DNA from: Bythopirellula sp.
GTDB taxonomy: Bacteria > Planctomycetota > Planctomycetia > Pirellulales > Lacipirellulaceae
Length of the DNA stretch: 64,000 nt
Reading direction: 5' to 3'
Assembly (NCBI GenBank): GCA_965216565.1
Contig: OZ244170.1
Coordinates: 704,001 to 768,000 of the forward strand
The notes beneath the pieces are model-generated. The model saw only the letters and a program-made list of their open reading frames with translations, had not been told where the DNA came from and searched no databases. Every line of letters begins with the position of its first letter. Positions within the stretch are counted from its first letter, which is position 1. Shown in pieces: positions 1-10,352 of the stretch. Made by a program: the position numbers and the translations under genes.

Positions 1-1175
1 CGAAGTGCTTCTTTGAAATCAATGTCGGTTAGAAATTCTTTGCCAACGAGTGAGCTTAGCGAAGCGAATTCCGGATCATCCGCCATTTCAGCGACTTCAG
101 ATTCAGTGAGGGTATAGCGGGCACCATGAAAAGCGTACGCACAAAGGCTAAGGCTAGCGATAATCCAGAGCATGCCCCAAAGTATGAGAGGCCGACGTCC
201 TAGTTTGTCGACTAGCATCAAGCCAAGCACGGTGAATATGACGCTCGTCAATCCAATCCAAATTGCCTGGACAAATGCCGCGTTTTCTCCGATTCCTAAT
301 TGTTTGAAAATAGTTTGGGCATAGAAGAGAACGGCGTTGATTCCAGAAGATTGCTGAGCGATGGCGATGGTCATCGCGATCACAAACGTCAAACGCATTG
401 GCCTGCTAAATATTCCTGCCAGCTGAGAGAGAGTCGAGTGATCCTGCGAACTCTGCTGCATACTCTCTTGGATCTCTTCCACGTGTGCGGAGATTTGACC
501 CTCGGGCATGATCTTCTGAAGTCGCAATTTTGCTTCGTCGACTCGTCCCCGATAAATCAGCCAATAGGGACTCTCAGGGATGATGAGAACCAAGCCCATC
601 CAAATTAGACAGACGGGAATTTCAGCGCCCAACATCCATCGCCAGCAATTGTCTGGAGTCACTCCGAGCGACTCCACCCAGGGGATCCCAGCTCCCGCCA
701 GATAATGGATGAGATAGGAAATGAAATAGGCCCCGGACAACCCAAAGACGATGTTGATCTGAGTCATTGAAACTAGCTTACCTCGCCACCTAGGCGGAGC
801 GATCTCTCCGATATACATGGATGCCAGGGTGATTGAACTCCACCCCACGCCACCAAGAAACCGTGCTGCTACTAACGTCCAATAGTCTGGAGCCCAGGCT
901 GAGCCGATCGCAGAGGCTAGGTAGAGTAGGGCAATCACAATAATCGCCTTCTTTCTACCAAACCGGTTGCATACGTAACTGGCGAATGGCAATGCCAACA
1001 GCACTCCCAAAGCGGGAGAAGCCACCGCAGTTCCCAACTGCTCGGCCGTCAGTTGGAACTCTGCTTTGATCATGTCGACTCCGCCAGAGATCAGGGCGGC
1101 ATCGAGTCCAAACACAAAGCCACCCATTGATACAATGGTGGCATAGATAAACGCGTTTCTAGTTTGCGACTCCAT
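1..1175 (-). CDS. Sugar porter family MFS transporter (partial; 3' end beyond the left edge)
   Basis: Not in the ORF track because it is truncated. Manual translation from ATG 1175 gives MESQTRNAFIYATIVSMGGFVFGLDAALISGG...NRFGRKK...MYIGEIAPPRWRGKL...QQSSGINAVLFYAQTIF...DKLGRRPL, which are sugar-porter motifs. Confidence 0.93.
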   Translation of the reverse strand, partial: MESQTRNAFIYATIVSMGGFVFGLDAALISGGVDMIKAEFQLTAEQLGTAVASPALGVLLALPFASYVCNRFGRKKAIIVIALLYLASAIGSAWAPDYWTLVAARFLGGVGWSSITLASMYIGEIAPPRWRGKLVSMTQINIVFGLSGAYFISYLIHYLAGAGIPWVESLGVTPDNCWRWMLGAEIPVCLIWMGLVLIIPESPYWLIYRGRVDEAKLRLQKIMPEGQISAHVEEIQESMQQSSQDHSTLSQLAGIFSRPMRLTFVIAMTIAIAQQSSGINAVLFYAQTIFKQLGIGENAAFVQAIWIGLTSVIFTVLGLMLVDKLGRRPLILWGMLWIIASLSLCAYAFHGARYTLTESEVAEMADDPEFASLSSLVGKEFLTDIDFKEAL

Positions 1176-1210
1176 ACTCTAGGTCTCAATTCTGGCGAGA
1201 GGACAGTCTT

Positions 1211-2704
1211 CTAAAGTTTTTCAATTTTCACTTGGTCGATAAACAGTGTTCCGCCGTTCCCTGAAACATCTTCCGGCTTGACGATTATGCGTGGACGGTC
1301 CTTGGGGCCCGAAGCATCGCGTCGACGAAAAGTACGTTCGAGAGTAACCCATTTGCCGGGCTCTACTTTAGCAAGTTCAAACGGCTTAAGCTCTACCCAA
1401 GGGTCCTCCAATAGTACCTGCAGTTTTCTGACATTGCAGTTTGGCTCCAGCCATACTTTCATTGAGAACGTGTACTCTCCGGGCTCGATTTTTGTAGAAC
1501 CATAGGGAGCAAACGCAACAGCCCGGTTTGGTATTTCCGCGGCGCACTCAAGTTTAAGAGCCTTGTTGCCACTGGAAGCCCTTTCGCCGACGATCGAAAA
1601 CATCGAACGAGAATCTTCTGGAATCCACCATTGCACAGACTTGCCGTCGACTGCAATCGGTTCTTCAAAGCTGAAGAATCGATCGCGCTCCGATAGGTCT
1701 GGTGCATTGTTAGCCCCTTCATTCTGCCAAACGCGTACATAGTCGATTTCAAAATCGACCACCCCGTCATCCTTCTCACCAGCCGGACTATTTTGCTCCA
1801 GATCCGCTTTGCTATCCGGCATGCCATGCCACGAAAAGGTTTCCATATCTAGCCAGATATGGATCGGTTTGGTAGCGACCCAGCCGTCGAAGGATCCCTC
1901 AACTTCTCGGTTTTCCCTGGTCCAGGCTCTTACTTCATCGGCAGAAACACTGGAGAACAATTTCCCATCGACGTAATACTTAACGCCTTTCTCGTCCCAC
2001 TCCACTCCATACACATGGAATGCATCGGCGACCCGGAACCCTAAGTCTTTTCGTTCCGTATATGCTGGTTTGCCCTTGAGCGTTTTCCAATCTCGGATTG
2101 ACCACCAAAGCTGGCTGTCCAGGTGGTCTTTCCCCTTGTTCCTACCATCGCCGAACTGTTCGAAGAAATCGAATTCTAAATTATCTCCGGTCGACCAGAA
2201 GGCACTGGAGATTTCCGCGTCAGCTGCTTTGCTTCTGGTTTCGATATAGCCGTACTTAAAAGATCTTCGCCCTATGAAACATGGCGTGGTGATATTTTCG
2301 TAGGGTAAAGCCTCACCAAATGTCGGCACTTTGATTTCGTCGCTGAAAGGAAAGTCTGGTTCCCAGCGGACTTCTAATTTGAGCACTCCGTCCTCTAAGC
2401 GGTAATTCCGACCAGAGAATTGTGAGGGGGCTCTGCCCTTCCAGACATTTTTTTGAGGGAGATCAGGATGTTTGTAGACAGGCTTACCATCTTCAAATTT
2501 ACCAACGATGTACCAGCGCTCTTCGTCGACAGCGTCATCTTCAAATTCGTCGCTAACGTCTTCGTTGTAGATCCACTCACCTACATTCTGAGCATCGGAC
2601 ATCGGGTGAACGTCGGTTAGATCCGCGGCGATACCGATCTGTACTGCATGAAGCGACAGCAGGGCCAAGGCTAGCAACGCTTGGGTTATATTGATAATGG
2701 TCAC
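1211..2704 (-). CDS. GH16 glycoside hydrolase (red-algal galactan type) with C-terminal CBM-like domain
   Basis: Signal peptide; SDEFE, WKGRAPSQF, catalytic E-F-D-F-F-E, FHVYGVEW, EIDYVRVWQ; ~150-aa C-terminal module ending LFIDQVKIE. Confidence 0.88.
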   Translation of the reverse strand: MTIINITQALLALALLSLHAVQIGIAADLTDVHPMSDAQNVGEWIYNEDVSDEFEDDAVDEERWYIVGKFEDGKPVYKHPDLPQKNVWKGRAPSQFSGRNYRLEDGVLKLEVRWEPDFPFSDEIKVPTFGEALPYENITTPCFIGRRSFKYGYIETRSKAADAEISSAFWSTGDNLEFDFFEQFGDGRNKGKDHLDSQLWWSIRDWKTLKGKPAYTERKDLGFRVADAFHVYGVEWDEKGVKYYVDGKLFSSVSADEVRAWTRENREVEGSFDGWVATKPIHIWLDMETFSWHGMPDSKADLEQNSPAGEKDDGVVDFEIDYVRVWQNEGANNAPDLSERDRFFSFEEPIAVDGKSVQWWIPEDSRSMFSIVGERASSGNKALKLECAAEIPNRAVAFAPYGSTKIEPGEYTFSMKVWLEPNCNVRKLQVLLEDPWVELKPFELAKVEPGKWVTLERTFRRRDASGPKDRPRIIVKPEDVSGNGGTLFIDQVKIEKL

Positions 2705-4164
2705 TGTGTGTCCTTAGTGTGTTCAATCGAGATGTCATCGATGTAGAGAGCACCGGCGCCCTCAGGGATGTCTTTCTTCAAGAAACGTAGACGTAGACGA
2801 TCCTTATCTCCTGAGGCAGAGTTGCGACTGAAATTCTGCTTGAGAGTAATCCACGTGCCTTTCTCCACTTTGGATAGGTCGAAAGGCTCGAGCGTCACCT
2901 CAGGATCTGCCAAGCTTACGTTAAGTGACTTCACATCGCAGTCCTCGGTAAGCAATACTTTTAAGGAGATCTGGTACTCCCCGGCGGGGATTTCTACCGC
3001 TTGGGTTGGCGTTACGATCGACACATTGCCCAGGATGTCCTTGGGGGCGAACTTTAAACTCTTGATTCCTTGGATAGCTTGTTCTTTGGTGTAAGAGAAG
3101 TACGGCAAAGCATGTTCGCCGATTTCCCAGAACTTCTGGTACTCGTTGACCTCACTGCTTTCAGGAACCAGGTCCAAGGGAATCGGCTGGTCGGTAAATA
3201 GAATGGGACCTTCGAATCCGAAAAACTGCCGGGCAAGAAGATTCGGCTGCGGCTTTTGCCAGACGCGGATATAGTCGATTTCATAGTAAGAGGGGAGTTC
3301 CTCCTGATGCGGCAAGCCTAGCCAGACAAAGATTTCGCTGTCGAAGTAGATCTCTAGCGGATTGTTCAGTACCCAATCTTTTCCTTCTGCCTTTTGGGTC
3401 GTCTCGTAGTAAAGCTCGCCATCGACAAACAGTTTCAAATAGTCTTCGCCCCATTCGCAACCATAAACATGGAAATCGTCTGCCACGCGGAACGGCAACT
3501 TCTTGTTAAAGCCAAACCGACGAGTCGGGCGCTTAGCCGGCGGAGACCAGTTGTGGACCGACGCTTTCCAATTGTCAGTTTGAATATTTCCCTCAATCTT
3601 TGGCTCCCCGATTTGCTCGTAGATATCGAGCTCCGATTCGTAGCCGAGGGCCCAGAAAGCACTAGTCATGTTGGAGTCTGAGGCCTTAGTACGTGCTTCC
3701 ATATATCCGTACAGAAAGCGGTGCTTGCTAATGATCCCGCCGGTGGTGATAGGCATCGGCTTGCCCTCCCACTCGCCATACTTGTCGTTGCGGGTGCCGT
3801 CGGCGTAGTTGCCCTCGTAGAATTCAAATTCGGGTTCCCATTGGGAGCGAATCTTTAGAACGCCGTCCTCTTGGTACACATTGTGAGCCGCATACTGCGA
3901 AGGGGGGCGGCCCTTCCAAATGTAATACTGATTATTCTCGCCCTGCACGAACCACTTATCTTGATCCAATTTTTCGTTGTCAAACTCGTCACTGACTCTT
4001 GGGTTGAGCGACCAGCCTCCCTCGTTCTCGGGATCGGAAAGAGGGAAGGCCTCTGAATCGTCAGCAGAGTTTGCGGCATCGACGCAAACAAAGCCTAGAA
4101 GTAACGGTATGAAGCACAGGAAGAATATGTTAGTCCGCAGCATTCTTGATCTCCAAACTTGCAA
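2701..4164 (-). CDS. GH16 glycoside hydrolase, paralogue of 1211..2704 (alternative start 4143)
   Basis: SDEFD, WKGRPPSQY, catalytic E-L-D-I-Y-E, FHVYGCEW, YEIDYIRVWQ; same C-terminal module (LYIDDISIE). Confidence 0.88.
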   Translation of the reverse strand: MQVWRSRMLRTNIFFLCFIPLLLGFVCVDAANSADDSEAFPLSDPENEGGWSLNPRVSDEFDNEKLDQDKWFVQGENNQYYIWKGRPPSQYAAHNVYQEDGVLKIRSQWEPEFEFYEGNYADGTRNDKYGEWEGKPMPITTGGIISKHRFLYGYMEARTKASDSNMTSAFWALGYESELDIYEQIGEPKIEGNIQTDNWKASVHNWSPPAKRPTRRFGFNKKLPFRVADDFHVYGCEWGEDYLKLFVDGELYYETTQKAEGKDWVLNNPLEIYFDSEIFVWLGLPHQEELPSYYEIDYIRVWQKPQPNLLARQFFGFEGPILFTDQPIPLDLVPESSEVNEYQKFWEIGEHALPYFSYTKEQAIQGIKSLKFAPKDILGNVSIVTPTQAVEIPAGEYQISLKVLLTEDCDVKSLNVSLADPEVTLEPFDLSKVEKGTWITLKQNFSRNSASGDKDRLRLRFLKKDIPEGAGALYIDDISIEHTKDTQ

Positions 4165-4167
4165 TAC

Positions 4168-5598
4168 TCAGTCGAGTGAAAAAGTTTCATCAAAATGGGG
4201 CATAGCTGCCTCGTTCCATTTGTCACGAGTCGTCAGGTCATGGAACCATTTTGGCTGAGTATGGCTGCGGCTTTTCTGCTCCGCCTTCTCGACCAACTTT
4301 GCAAGAATCTCTGGATGAGAATCACTTAAGTCCGTTGTCTCGCTAATATCCTTGTCGATGTTGAAGAGTTTCCACCCCTGTTGGTAGACTCGGCAGATCT
4401 TCCATTGGTCCTGGCGGGCCCCCACGTCGGTATAGCCATCGCGGTGTCTTACGGCGTAAATCATTTCCCCGGGACGGGAATCGCGTCCCTCCTGAAAATG
4501 AGGCCAGATATCCTTCCCGTCCAGGTGTTTCTCAGCGGGGATGACTGCGTCTGCCAGTCCCGCGAACGTAGGATAAAAGTCCAGTGCAGAAACTGGATAA
4601 TCGTAGCGTGTGCCAGCCTGGATACTACCCGGCCAGTGAAACAACATCGGCACACGATAGCCGCCTTCGTGCGCACTGCCTTTGCCTTCCTTGAGGGGTG
4701 TATTTCTACCGCCCTGATCTGTTCTGCCACCGTTGTCGCTTAGAAAAATGACAAGTGTGTCCTTCAACTCTCCTGATTCTTTGAGGGCATTAGTAAGATT
4801 CCCTACTCCGCGATCAATGGCGTGCACCATCGCTGCATATATACGTCGTTTTTCATCACGGATGTGTGAGTATTCCGCGATATCGCTTTCTTTCGCTTCG
4901 AGTGGTGTGTGGGGAGCATTGTATGCGACATAGAGAAAAAACGGTTGATCTCGTTTAGCGGCATCCTTTACAAACCGTACTGCTTCGCGCGACAGAGCGT
5001 CGGTAATGTATTCAGTTTCGTCCACCTCGGTGCCATTGTGCTCCAGTGGTGTGATGTAGTCCCAGATCTCCTTAGCACCCGATTCAAGTTGTTTCTCGTA
5101 AGCTGCCTTGTATTGTTCTGGAAAATAACGATGACCCCCGCCAAGAAAACCGTAGTAATCATCGAAGCCTCGATTATTCGGGTGATATTGCGGTTCGGTA
5201 CCCATGTGCCACTTACCAATGGCCCCGGTATAGTATCCGGCAGACTGTAGAACCGTGCTGATCAACGTTTCATTGACGTCGATGCCTTGTCGGTAATACT
5301 CCTCGTTTCCATTTCCAGTTCCTGGAAGATTAAACGGTGCCCCAAATTCATGCGGGTAGCGGCCTGTCATCATGCCCATACGGCTGGGACCGCAGAATGG
5401 ATGAGCCACGTACGCCGACGTGAAGGTCGCGCCGTTCTTGGCTAGCTGATCTAACTGGGGAGTCTTAATGTCGGTAGACCCATTAAATCCAACGTCGGCA
5501 TAGCCAAGGTCATCGGCCATGATCAGCACGATGTTTGGCCGGTCCGCTTGGGCGGTGGCAGCTACAAGAGTTAAAAGGAGTACTAACGTCGATTTCAT
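4168..5598 (-). CDS. S1 sulfatase, S1_19-like (probable carrageenan 4-O-sulfatase)
   Basis: Start moved to ATG 5598 (MKSTLVLLL signal peptide). PNIVLIMADDLG, YVAHPFCGPSR (CxPxR), GKWH, SDNGG. The HPFCGPSR...GRYPH...FNLP pattern recalls S1_19 carrageenan sulfatases. Confidence 0.9.
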   Translation of the reverse strand: MKSTLVLLLTLVAATAQADRPNIVLIMADDLGYADVGFNGSTDIKTPQLDQLAKNGATFTSAYVAHPFCGPSRMGMMTGRYPHEFGAPFNLPGTGNGNEEYYRQGIDVNETLISTVLQSAGYYTGAIGKWHMGTEPQYHPNNRGFDDYYGFLGGGHRYFPEQYKAAYEKQLESGAKEIWDYITPLEHNGTEVDETEYITDALSREAVRFVKDAAKRDQPFFLYVAYNAPHTPLEAKESDIAEYSHIRDEKRRIYAAMVHAIDRGVGNLTNALKESGELKDTLVIFLSDNGGRTDQGGRNTPLKEGKGSAHEGGYRVPMLFHWPGSIQAGTRYDYPVSALDFYPTFAGLADAVIPAEKHLDGKDIWPHFQEGRDSRPGEMIYAVRHRDGYTDVGARQDQWKICRVYQQGWKLFNIDKDISETTDLSDSHPEILAKLVEKAEQKSRSHTQPKWFHDLTTRDKWNEAAMPHFDETFSLD

Positions 5599-5608
5599 CA
5601 GGCGCTCA

Positions 5609-7009
5609 TTAATAAGTTGGGGAGGGTGGCTTTTGGAATTCGTCTGCTCGTCTGGCGGACCATCCTTCTTCTGCACGTCGCAACATGAAAAGGGGTCGCT
5701 CGAGCGTCAATTCCCAGGTGAACAGTTTTCTAAAGAGGGCAGCCACTCGATCCGGATACTCGGCAGCTAAGTTGTTCTGTTCGCTGGGATCTTTGCCGAT
5801 GTCGTAGAGTTGAGGAGGCCGATCGGGAAAGCGAAGCAGTTTCCAATCCCCGTCCCGGATTGCTCCCCGTGATTCCATTTTCCAATAGAGAGTTTCGTGC
5901 GGTCGCTCCTGCTTGTTACCTTGCAAATAGGGTATGAGATCTACGCCATCGATACCTTCGATAGATTCAGGATCACCTCCAGCTGCTTTTACAAAAGTGG
6001 GAAGTAGATCGAGCGCAGTCAAAGGCTTATCGTATCTCGAATCTGGGGCTAACTTGCCGGGCCACGAAACAATGCCTGGTACACGAATGCCACCTTCTAA
6101 TTGTGTCCCTTTCACTCCACTTAGTGGGTAGTTGCTGGATCCGTTTCGATCCATGGGGCCACCGTTGTCGTTCGTAAATACGATCAGCGTATTCTCTTTC
6201 AGGCCAAGCTGATCGAGTTTTTCTATAATCTGGCCGCAGGCGCGATCCAGGGAAAGCATCATCTGAGCCGCAACTTGCCGATCACCTTCGAGCTGTGAGA
6301 ACTTGCCTTTGTCTTGGGGGTTGGCCTGCATGGGAGTGTGGACCGCGTTGAACGAAACAAATGCAAAGAAGGGTTCATCCTGGTTTCTTTCGATGAATTC
6401 GCAAGAAGCATCTGCCAGGGCATTGGTCAAATAGCCCTCGTGTTCCTTGTAATTCTCAAAATCTCGTTCAATCAAATTCTCGTGCGGCTCGGAGCTAGGA
6501 TTGGAAAAGGGAAAGAAGCTTCTGGCACCTCCACGAAAGCCATAAAACTCGTCGAATCCTCGCTTCAAGGGGTGATATCGATTCGCTACGCCTTGGTGCC
6601 ACTTGCCAAACACGCCGGTACGATAACCGAGTGTCTGCAGGTGATCGCCGATAGTTTTCTGATCTATCGGTAACCCCATCTCATCGCCCAGCAGCTTACT
6701 ACTAGAGCTCATGACACCAGGCACGTTTATTTCTTCGTAGCCAAATCGTTGTTGATACTTCCCGGTGAGCATACCCGCTCGGGATGGTCCACAACTTGCT
6801 CCTGTCATATAGAACTGCGAAAGCAGAACTCCAGATTTCGCAAGTTCATCGAGATGGGGCGTTTCAAAATGATGGCTGTCGTGAAAACCGAAATCCCCGT
6901 ACCCAGCATCGTCGGCAAACAGCAGGACGATGTTTGGTTTCTGTGCAGCTATGGATTTCGTAGTCAGTACGCTAATCAGCGCGACGAAACAGAAAAAAAT
7001 TCGATTCAT
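5609..7009 (-). CDS. S1 sulfatase, S1_19-like
   Basis: KPNIVLLFADDAGYGDFG, CGPSRAGMLTGKYQQRFGYEEINVPG, GKWH; from memory this resembles Pseudoalteromonas S1_19B exo-4S-carrageenan sulfatase. Confidence 0.9.
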   Translation of the reverse strand: MNRIFFCFVALISVLTTKSIAAQKPNIVLLFADDAGYGDFGFHDSHHFETPHLDELAKSGVLLSQFYMTGASCGPSRAGMLTGKYQQRFGYEEINVPGVMSSSSKLLGDEMGLPIDQKTIGDHLQTLGYRTGVFGKWHQGVANRYHPLKRGFDEFYGFRGGARSFFPFSNPSSEPHENLIERDFENYKEHEGYLTNALADASCEFIERNQDEPFFAFVSFNAVHTPMQANPQDKGKFSQLEGDRQVAAQMMLSLDRACGQIIEKLDQLGLKENTLIVFTNDNGGPMDRNGSSNYPLSGVKGTQLEGGIRVPGIVSWPGKLAPDSRYDKPLTALDLLPTFVKAAGGDPESIEGIDGVDLIPYLQGNKQERPHETLYWKMESRGAIRDGDWKLLRFPDRPPQLYDIGKDPSEQNNLAAEYPDRVAALFRKLFTWELTLERPLFMLRRAEEGWSARRADEFQKPPSPTY

Positions 7010-7092
7010 ATCCCTTGGACCGATAATAAAGTGGGGAGTATTGGGCTTATCAAAAAAGATCAGGAGCCTTGAGAATAAAAAAATTGCCTCTG

Positions 7093-8181
7093 TTAACGCA
7101 CCACGCGCCCAGAGGCACTGCCACCCATGAGCGCCTCGACTTCAGCCCTTGTGGAGTAATTGAAATCACCTTTGATCGAATGCTTCAAACAAGAGGCGGC
7201 TACCGCGTACCTGACGGCTGTGGAGGGCTCGCTCAGCTCCGACGTTGTTAATGCAAAAATCAGCCCACCGGCAAACGAATCTCCCCCTCCCACGCGATCG
7301 ACAATGTTTTTTATTTCATGGGGCGAGTACTCGCCGTCCGCGTCTAGAGGTGCGTAATGGGCTTGTTGGTTCTGGGCATCGTAGAGCATCGCTCCCCAAT
7401 TGTTGTGGGTTGCGGAAACACTCTCGCGAAGTGTAATCGCTACTCGAGAGACGTTAGGAAACTGTTGCACAACTTGCCGCGCGACGTCAGGATAGCGAGA
7501 TGTATCGAGCTTTCCTTGATGAACATCTGTGTTGGCGGCCTGGATTCCCAAGACGTCGTGGCAATCTTCTTCGTTGGCAATCACTAAATCGATGTGTGGT
7601 AGTAGCTTTCGCATTGTCTCTTGAGCCAGTTCTCGCGGAGTATTTCCCTCGCTCCACTTCCACAGCTTGCCGCGAAAGTTCAGGTCGATAGAGACAGGTA
7701 TGCCTGCAGTCTTGGCTTTTTGAGCAGCCAGCAAAGTGGCCTCAGAGGCATTCTTCGAAATTGCTGGAGTGATCCCGCTGAGATGCAACCATCCGGCATC
7801 ATCAAAGATGGAGTCCCAGTCGTATTGATCGGGCGGAGTAAGCGCAACTGCGGAATCTGCCCGATCGTAGAGCACGTTGCTGGGGCGTTGATTGGCACCG
7901 GTTTCTAAAAAGTAAAGTCCCAGACGCCCGCTTTCAGTACGCAAGATGAATTGTGTATCAACTCCCAATGCCCGAACCGAATCTACGGTAGCATCTGCCA
8001 AGGCGTGCTTAGGCAAAGCGGTGACATAGCGGGCCGTTCCACCAAAGTTGCAGATCGATACTGCAACACTGGCTTCGGAACCAGCGTAGGTCATCTCGAA
8101 GTCACGAGCCTGACGCAATCGCAGGTTCTGAGGAGTCGCTAGCCGACCCATGATCTCACCGAATGTAACTACCGGTTTCAT
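7093..8181 (-). CDS. kdgK: PfkB-family 2-keto-3-deoxy-sugar-acid kinase (KdgK-like)
   Basis: TFGEIMGRL, DLNFRGKLW, ANEED, DRVGGGDSFAGGLI, AASCLKHSIKGD, C-terminal SGRVVR. Confidence 0.9.
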   Translation of the reverse strand: MKPVVTFGEIMGRLATPQNLRLRQARDFEMTYAGSEASVAVSICNFGGTARYVTALPKHALADATVDSVRALGVDTQFILRTESGRLGLYFLETGANQRPSNVLYDRADSAVALTPPDQYDWDSIFDDAGWLHLSGITPAISKNASEATLLAAQKAKTAGIPVSIDLNFRGKLWKWSEGNTPRELAQETMRKLLPHIDLVIANEEDCHDVLGIQAANTDVHQGKLDTSRYPDVARQVVQQFPNVSRVAITLRESVSATHNNWGAMLYDAQNQQAHYAPLDADGEYSPHEIKNIVDRVGGGDSFAGGLIFALTTSELSEPSTAVRYAVAASCLKHSIKGDFNYSTRAEVEALMGGSASGRVVR

Positions 8182-8219
8182 TCACACGCTCCAAATACTT
8201 AAATGCACAACCATGATCG

Positions 8220-8939
8220 TTAGATAGTTTCAATGACTGAACTAGGATTCCCATCAAAACTAGACGAAACCGGTGCGTGTTTGCGGTTCAGCACGTTTCG
8301 CACATCAGTAGCCTGGGCAATGATCTTTACCCAATCTTCGTTGATAACAGACTCGGATTGAACAATCCAAGAACCTCCGACGGCTGGTATGTTCGGCTCA
8401 CTTAGGTAGTCGAGAATATTCGTAGAGTTCACCCCTCCGAGTGGGAAGTATTCGATACCAAGGTGGCTATAGGGAGCCGCCATGCTGCGGAGATAGCGCA
8501 CCCCGCCTAATTGCTCAGCAGGAAAAAACTTTACGAATCGGCACCCTAGATCGACTGCGGATTCCAATTCTGAAGGAGTTGCAATTCCCGGAGCGAAGGG
8601 CAGTCCCGCCTGCTTGGCTGCTTTTACGACACGTGGATTTAAGCCTGGAGCAACTCCAAAATCTGCACCTAATTCTTTGACTTCAGTTGCTGCTTCGGGA
8701 GTGAGGATTGTGCCAACTCCAACGAGCATATCCGGCACTTCTTGGCAGACTGCTTTCACAGCCTGCAGTGCAATTGGTGTTCTTAGCGTGAGTTCGATGG
8801 CAGTCACACCGCCGGCCAGCAATGCCTCGGCAATCGGTACAGCGTGCTCGATCTTTTCGACAGAAAAGCCAGCTACAACGCCCGCGGCTCTTAATCGATC
8901 GAGGACTTCTTGAGGGAAAATATCTGACATTATGTTCAT
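8220..8939 (-). CDS. eda: KDPG/KHG-family aldolase
   Basis: IELTLRT, VGVGTIL, PGIATPSE, VKFFPAE, PLGGVN, VGGSW. Confidence 0.92.
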   Translation of the reverse strand: MNIMSDIFPQEVLDRLRAAGVVAGFSVEKIEHAVPIAEALLAGGVTAIELTLRTPIALQAVKAVCQEVPDMLVGVGTILTPEAATEVKELGADFGVAPGLNPRVVKAAKQAGLPFAPGIATPSELESAVDLGCRFVKFFPAEQLGGVRYLRSMAAPYSHLGIEYFPLGGVNSTNILDYLSEPNIPAVGGSWIVQSESVINEDWVKIIAQATDVRNVLNRKHAPVSSSFDGNPSSVIETI

Positions 8940-8951
8940 TTCGTTAGAGGA

Positions 8952-10352
8952 TCAATCGTCAATTAGTACCGACACACGTTTGAGAGTGAGGTACTCCTCT
9001 AAGCTGTACCGGGAACAGTCCTTGCCAATACCGCTTTGCTTGAGACCACCGTGAGGAAGTTGCACAGAATAGTGAGGTTCGTTGACGCAAACACTTCCTG
9101 CCTGAATTTCTCGTGCTGCGTGTAATCCAGTGGAGAGTTTGCTCGTGTAGACATAGGCAGCCAGGCCGTACTGTGTATCGTTAGCCAGCGCGATTTCGTT
9201 GTCATCATCGGTGTACTTAATCACTGGTAGCACAGGGCCAAATATCTCGTCCCGAGCAACCTTCATCCCCGTGGCAACGTCTCTCAAGATAGTCGGCTGG
9301 ATGAAATAACCATCGCCCTCAACCGCCTCGCCGCCACAAACGACCTTTGCACCTTCTGCGACTGCCGACTCGATCAGTCCCAGCGTATATTGTCGGGCTT
9401 CGTCGGTAATCATAGGCCCCATTTTTACATCTAGGGCACGTTCTTCGGCGTGTCGGATGAATTCGTCGTAGACAGATTCGTGGACAAAACATCGGTTGGG
9501 CGATACGCACACCTGGCCACAATTTGCAAACTTCAAATCAACAGTCTTGTTGGCTGCAGCTTGGATGTCTGCATCGGGATAGACGATTACAGGAGCATTG
9601 CCACCAAGCTCAACTGAAAAATGCTTGATGCTGGTGCAGGAAGAATTCATGACTTCCAGTCCGCCCCGAGTTGATCCGATCATCGTGACCATAGCGGGGA
9701 TTTCGCTCGTGAGCAGGCCTTTCGTCACGCTATGGTCGCTACACGTAATCATGTTGATCACGCCGTCAGGAATACCCGCTTCTTGAGCCAAGTAGACAGC
9801 CTCAAGCGATGCCAGTGGAGTCAGTGTTGAAGGTTTAATGATGGCACTGCAGCCAGAAGCAAGTACCGGACCTAGCTTGTAGCCAACATTCAGAAGCGGA
9901 AAATTCCATGCCAACATTCCCACAGCAACCCCCAAGGGTTGACGTAGGGTGTAGTGCAAGAATCGCCCTTCTGGGTCGTGCAGCACCGGTTGATCGAGTC
10001 TTTCAAACTCTTCCACAAAGAAACGTAAGCACGTGACGAGCATGCCAAAATCGTACTCCGCATTGTCCTGCGGCTTTCCAGTTTCGGCCATCAGCAGCGC
10101 AATAATACGCTCGCTATTCTGCTCCAAAACATCGGCGTAATTGAGAATTACCTTCTTACGATCGGCGGGAGTGGTGGACGACCATAACTTGAAGCCTTGC
10201 TGAGCAGACTCCAAGGACTTTTCGATTGAATCCGCATCCGCTTCCGGCACCTGGCCAATGACCCAACCCGTGGATGGGTCGGTCACGTCAATCGCTTTCT
10301 TCGTCGATACTTGCTTCCCACCAATGAGAATGGGATAAAGATTATCGGCCAT
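8952..10352 (-). CDS. NAD(P)-dependent aldehyde dehydrogenase, probable 3,6-anhydro-D-galactose dehydrogenase (DauA-like)
   Basis: ALDH motifs AWNFP, ELGGNAP, GQVCVSP, EIFGPV. Substrate inferred from context and the WNFPLLNxxYKLGP segment. Confidence 0.85.
   Translation of the reverse strand: MADNLYPILIGGKQVSTKKAIDVTDPSTGWVIGQVPEADADSIEKSLESAQQGFKLWSSTTPADRKKVILNYADVLEQNSERIIALLMAETGKPQDNAEYDFGMLVTCLRFFVEEFERLDQPVLHDPEGRFLHYTLRQPLGVAVGMLAWNFPLLNVGYKLGPVLASGCSAIIKPSTLTPLASLEAVYLAQEAGIPDGVINMITCSDHSVTKGLLTSEIPAMVTMIGSTRGGLEVMNSSCTSIKHFSVELGGNAPVIVYPDADIQAAANKTVDLKFANCGQVCVSPNRCFVHESVYDEFIRHAEERALDVKMGPMITDEARQYTLGLIESAVAEGAKVVCGGEAVEGDGYFIQPTILRDVATGMKVARDEIFGPVLPVIKYTDDDNEIALANDTQYGLAAYVYTSKLSTGLHAAREIQAGSVCVNEPHYSVQLPHGGLKQSGIGKDCSRYSLEEYLTLKRVSVLIDD

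Noticed and set aside
300..608. 102-aa plus-strand ORF
   Set aside because: Antisense shadow of the sugar-porter gene.
5599..5676. N-terminal extension of the sulfatase in the ORF track
   Set aside because: It overlaps the upstream sulfatase; the signal peptide begins at ATG 5598.
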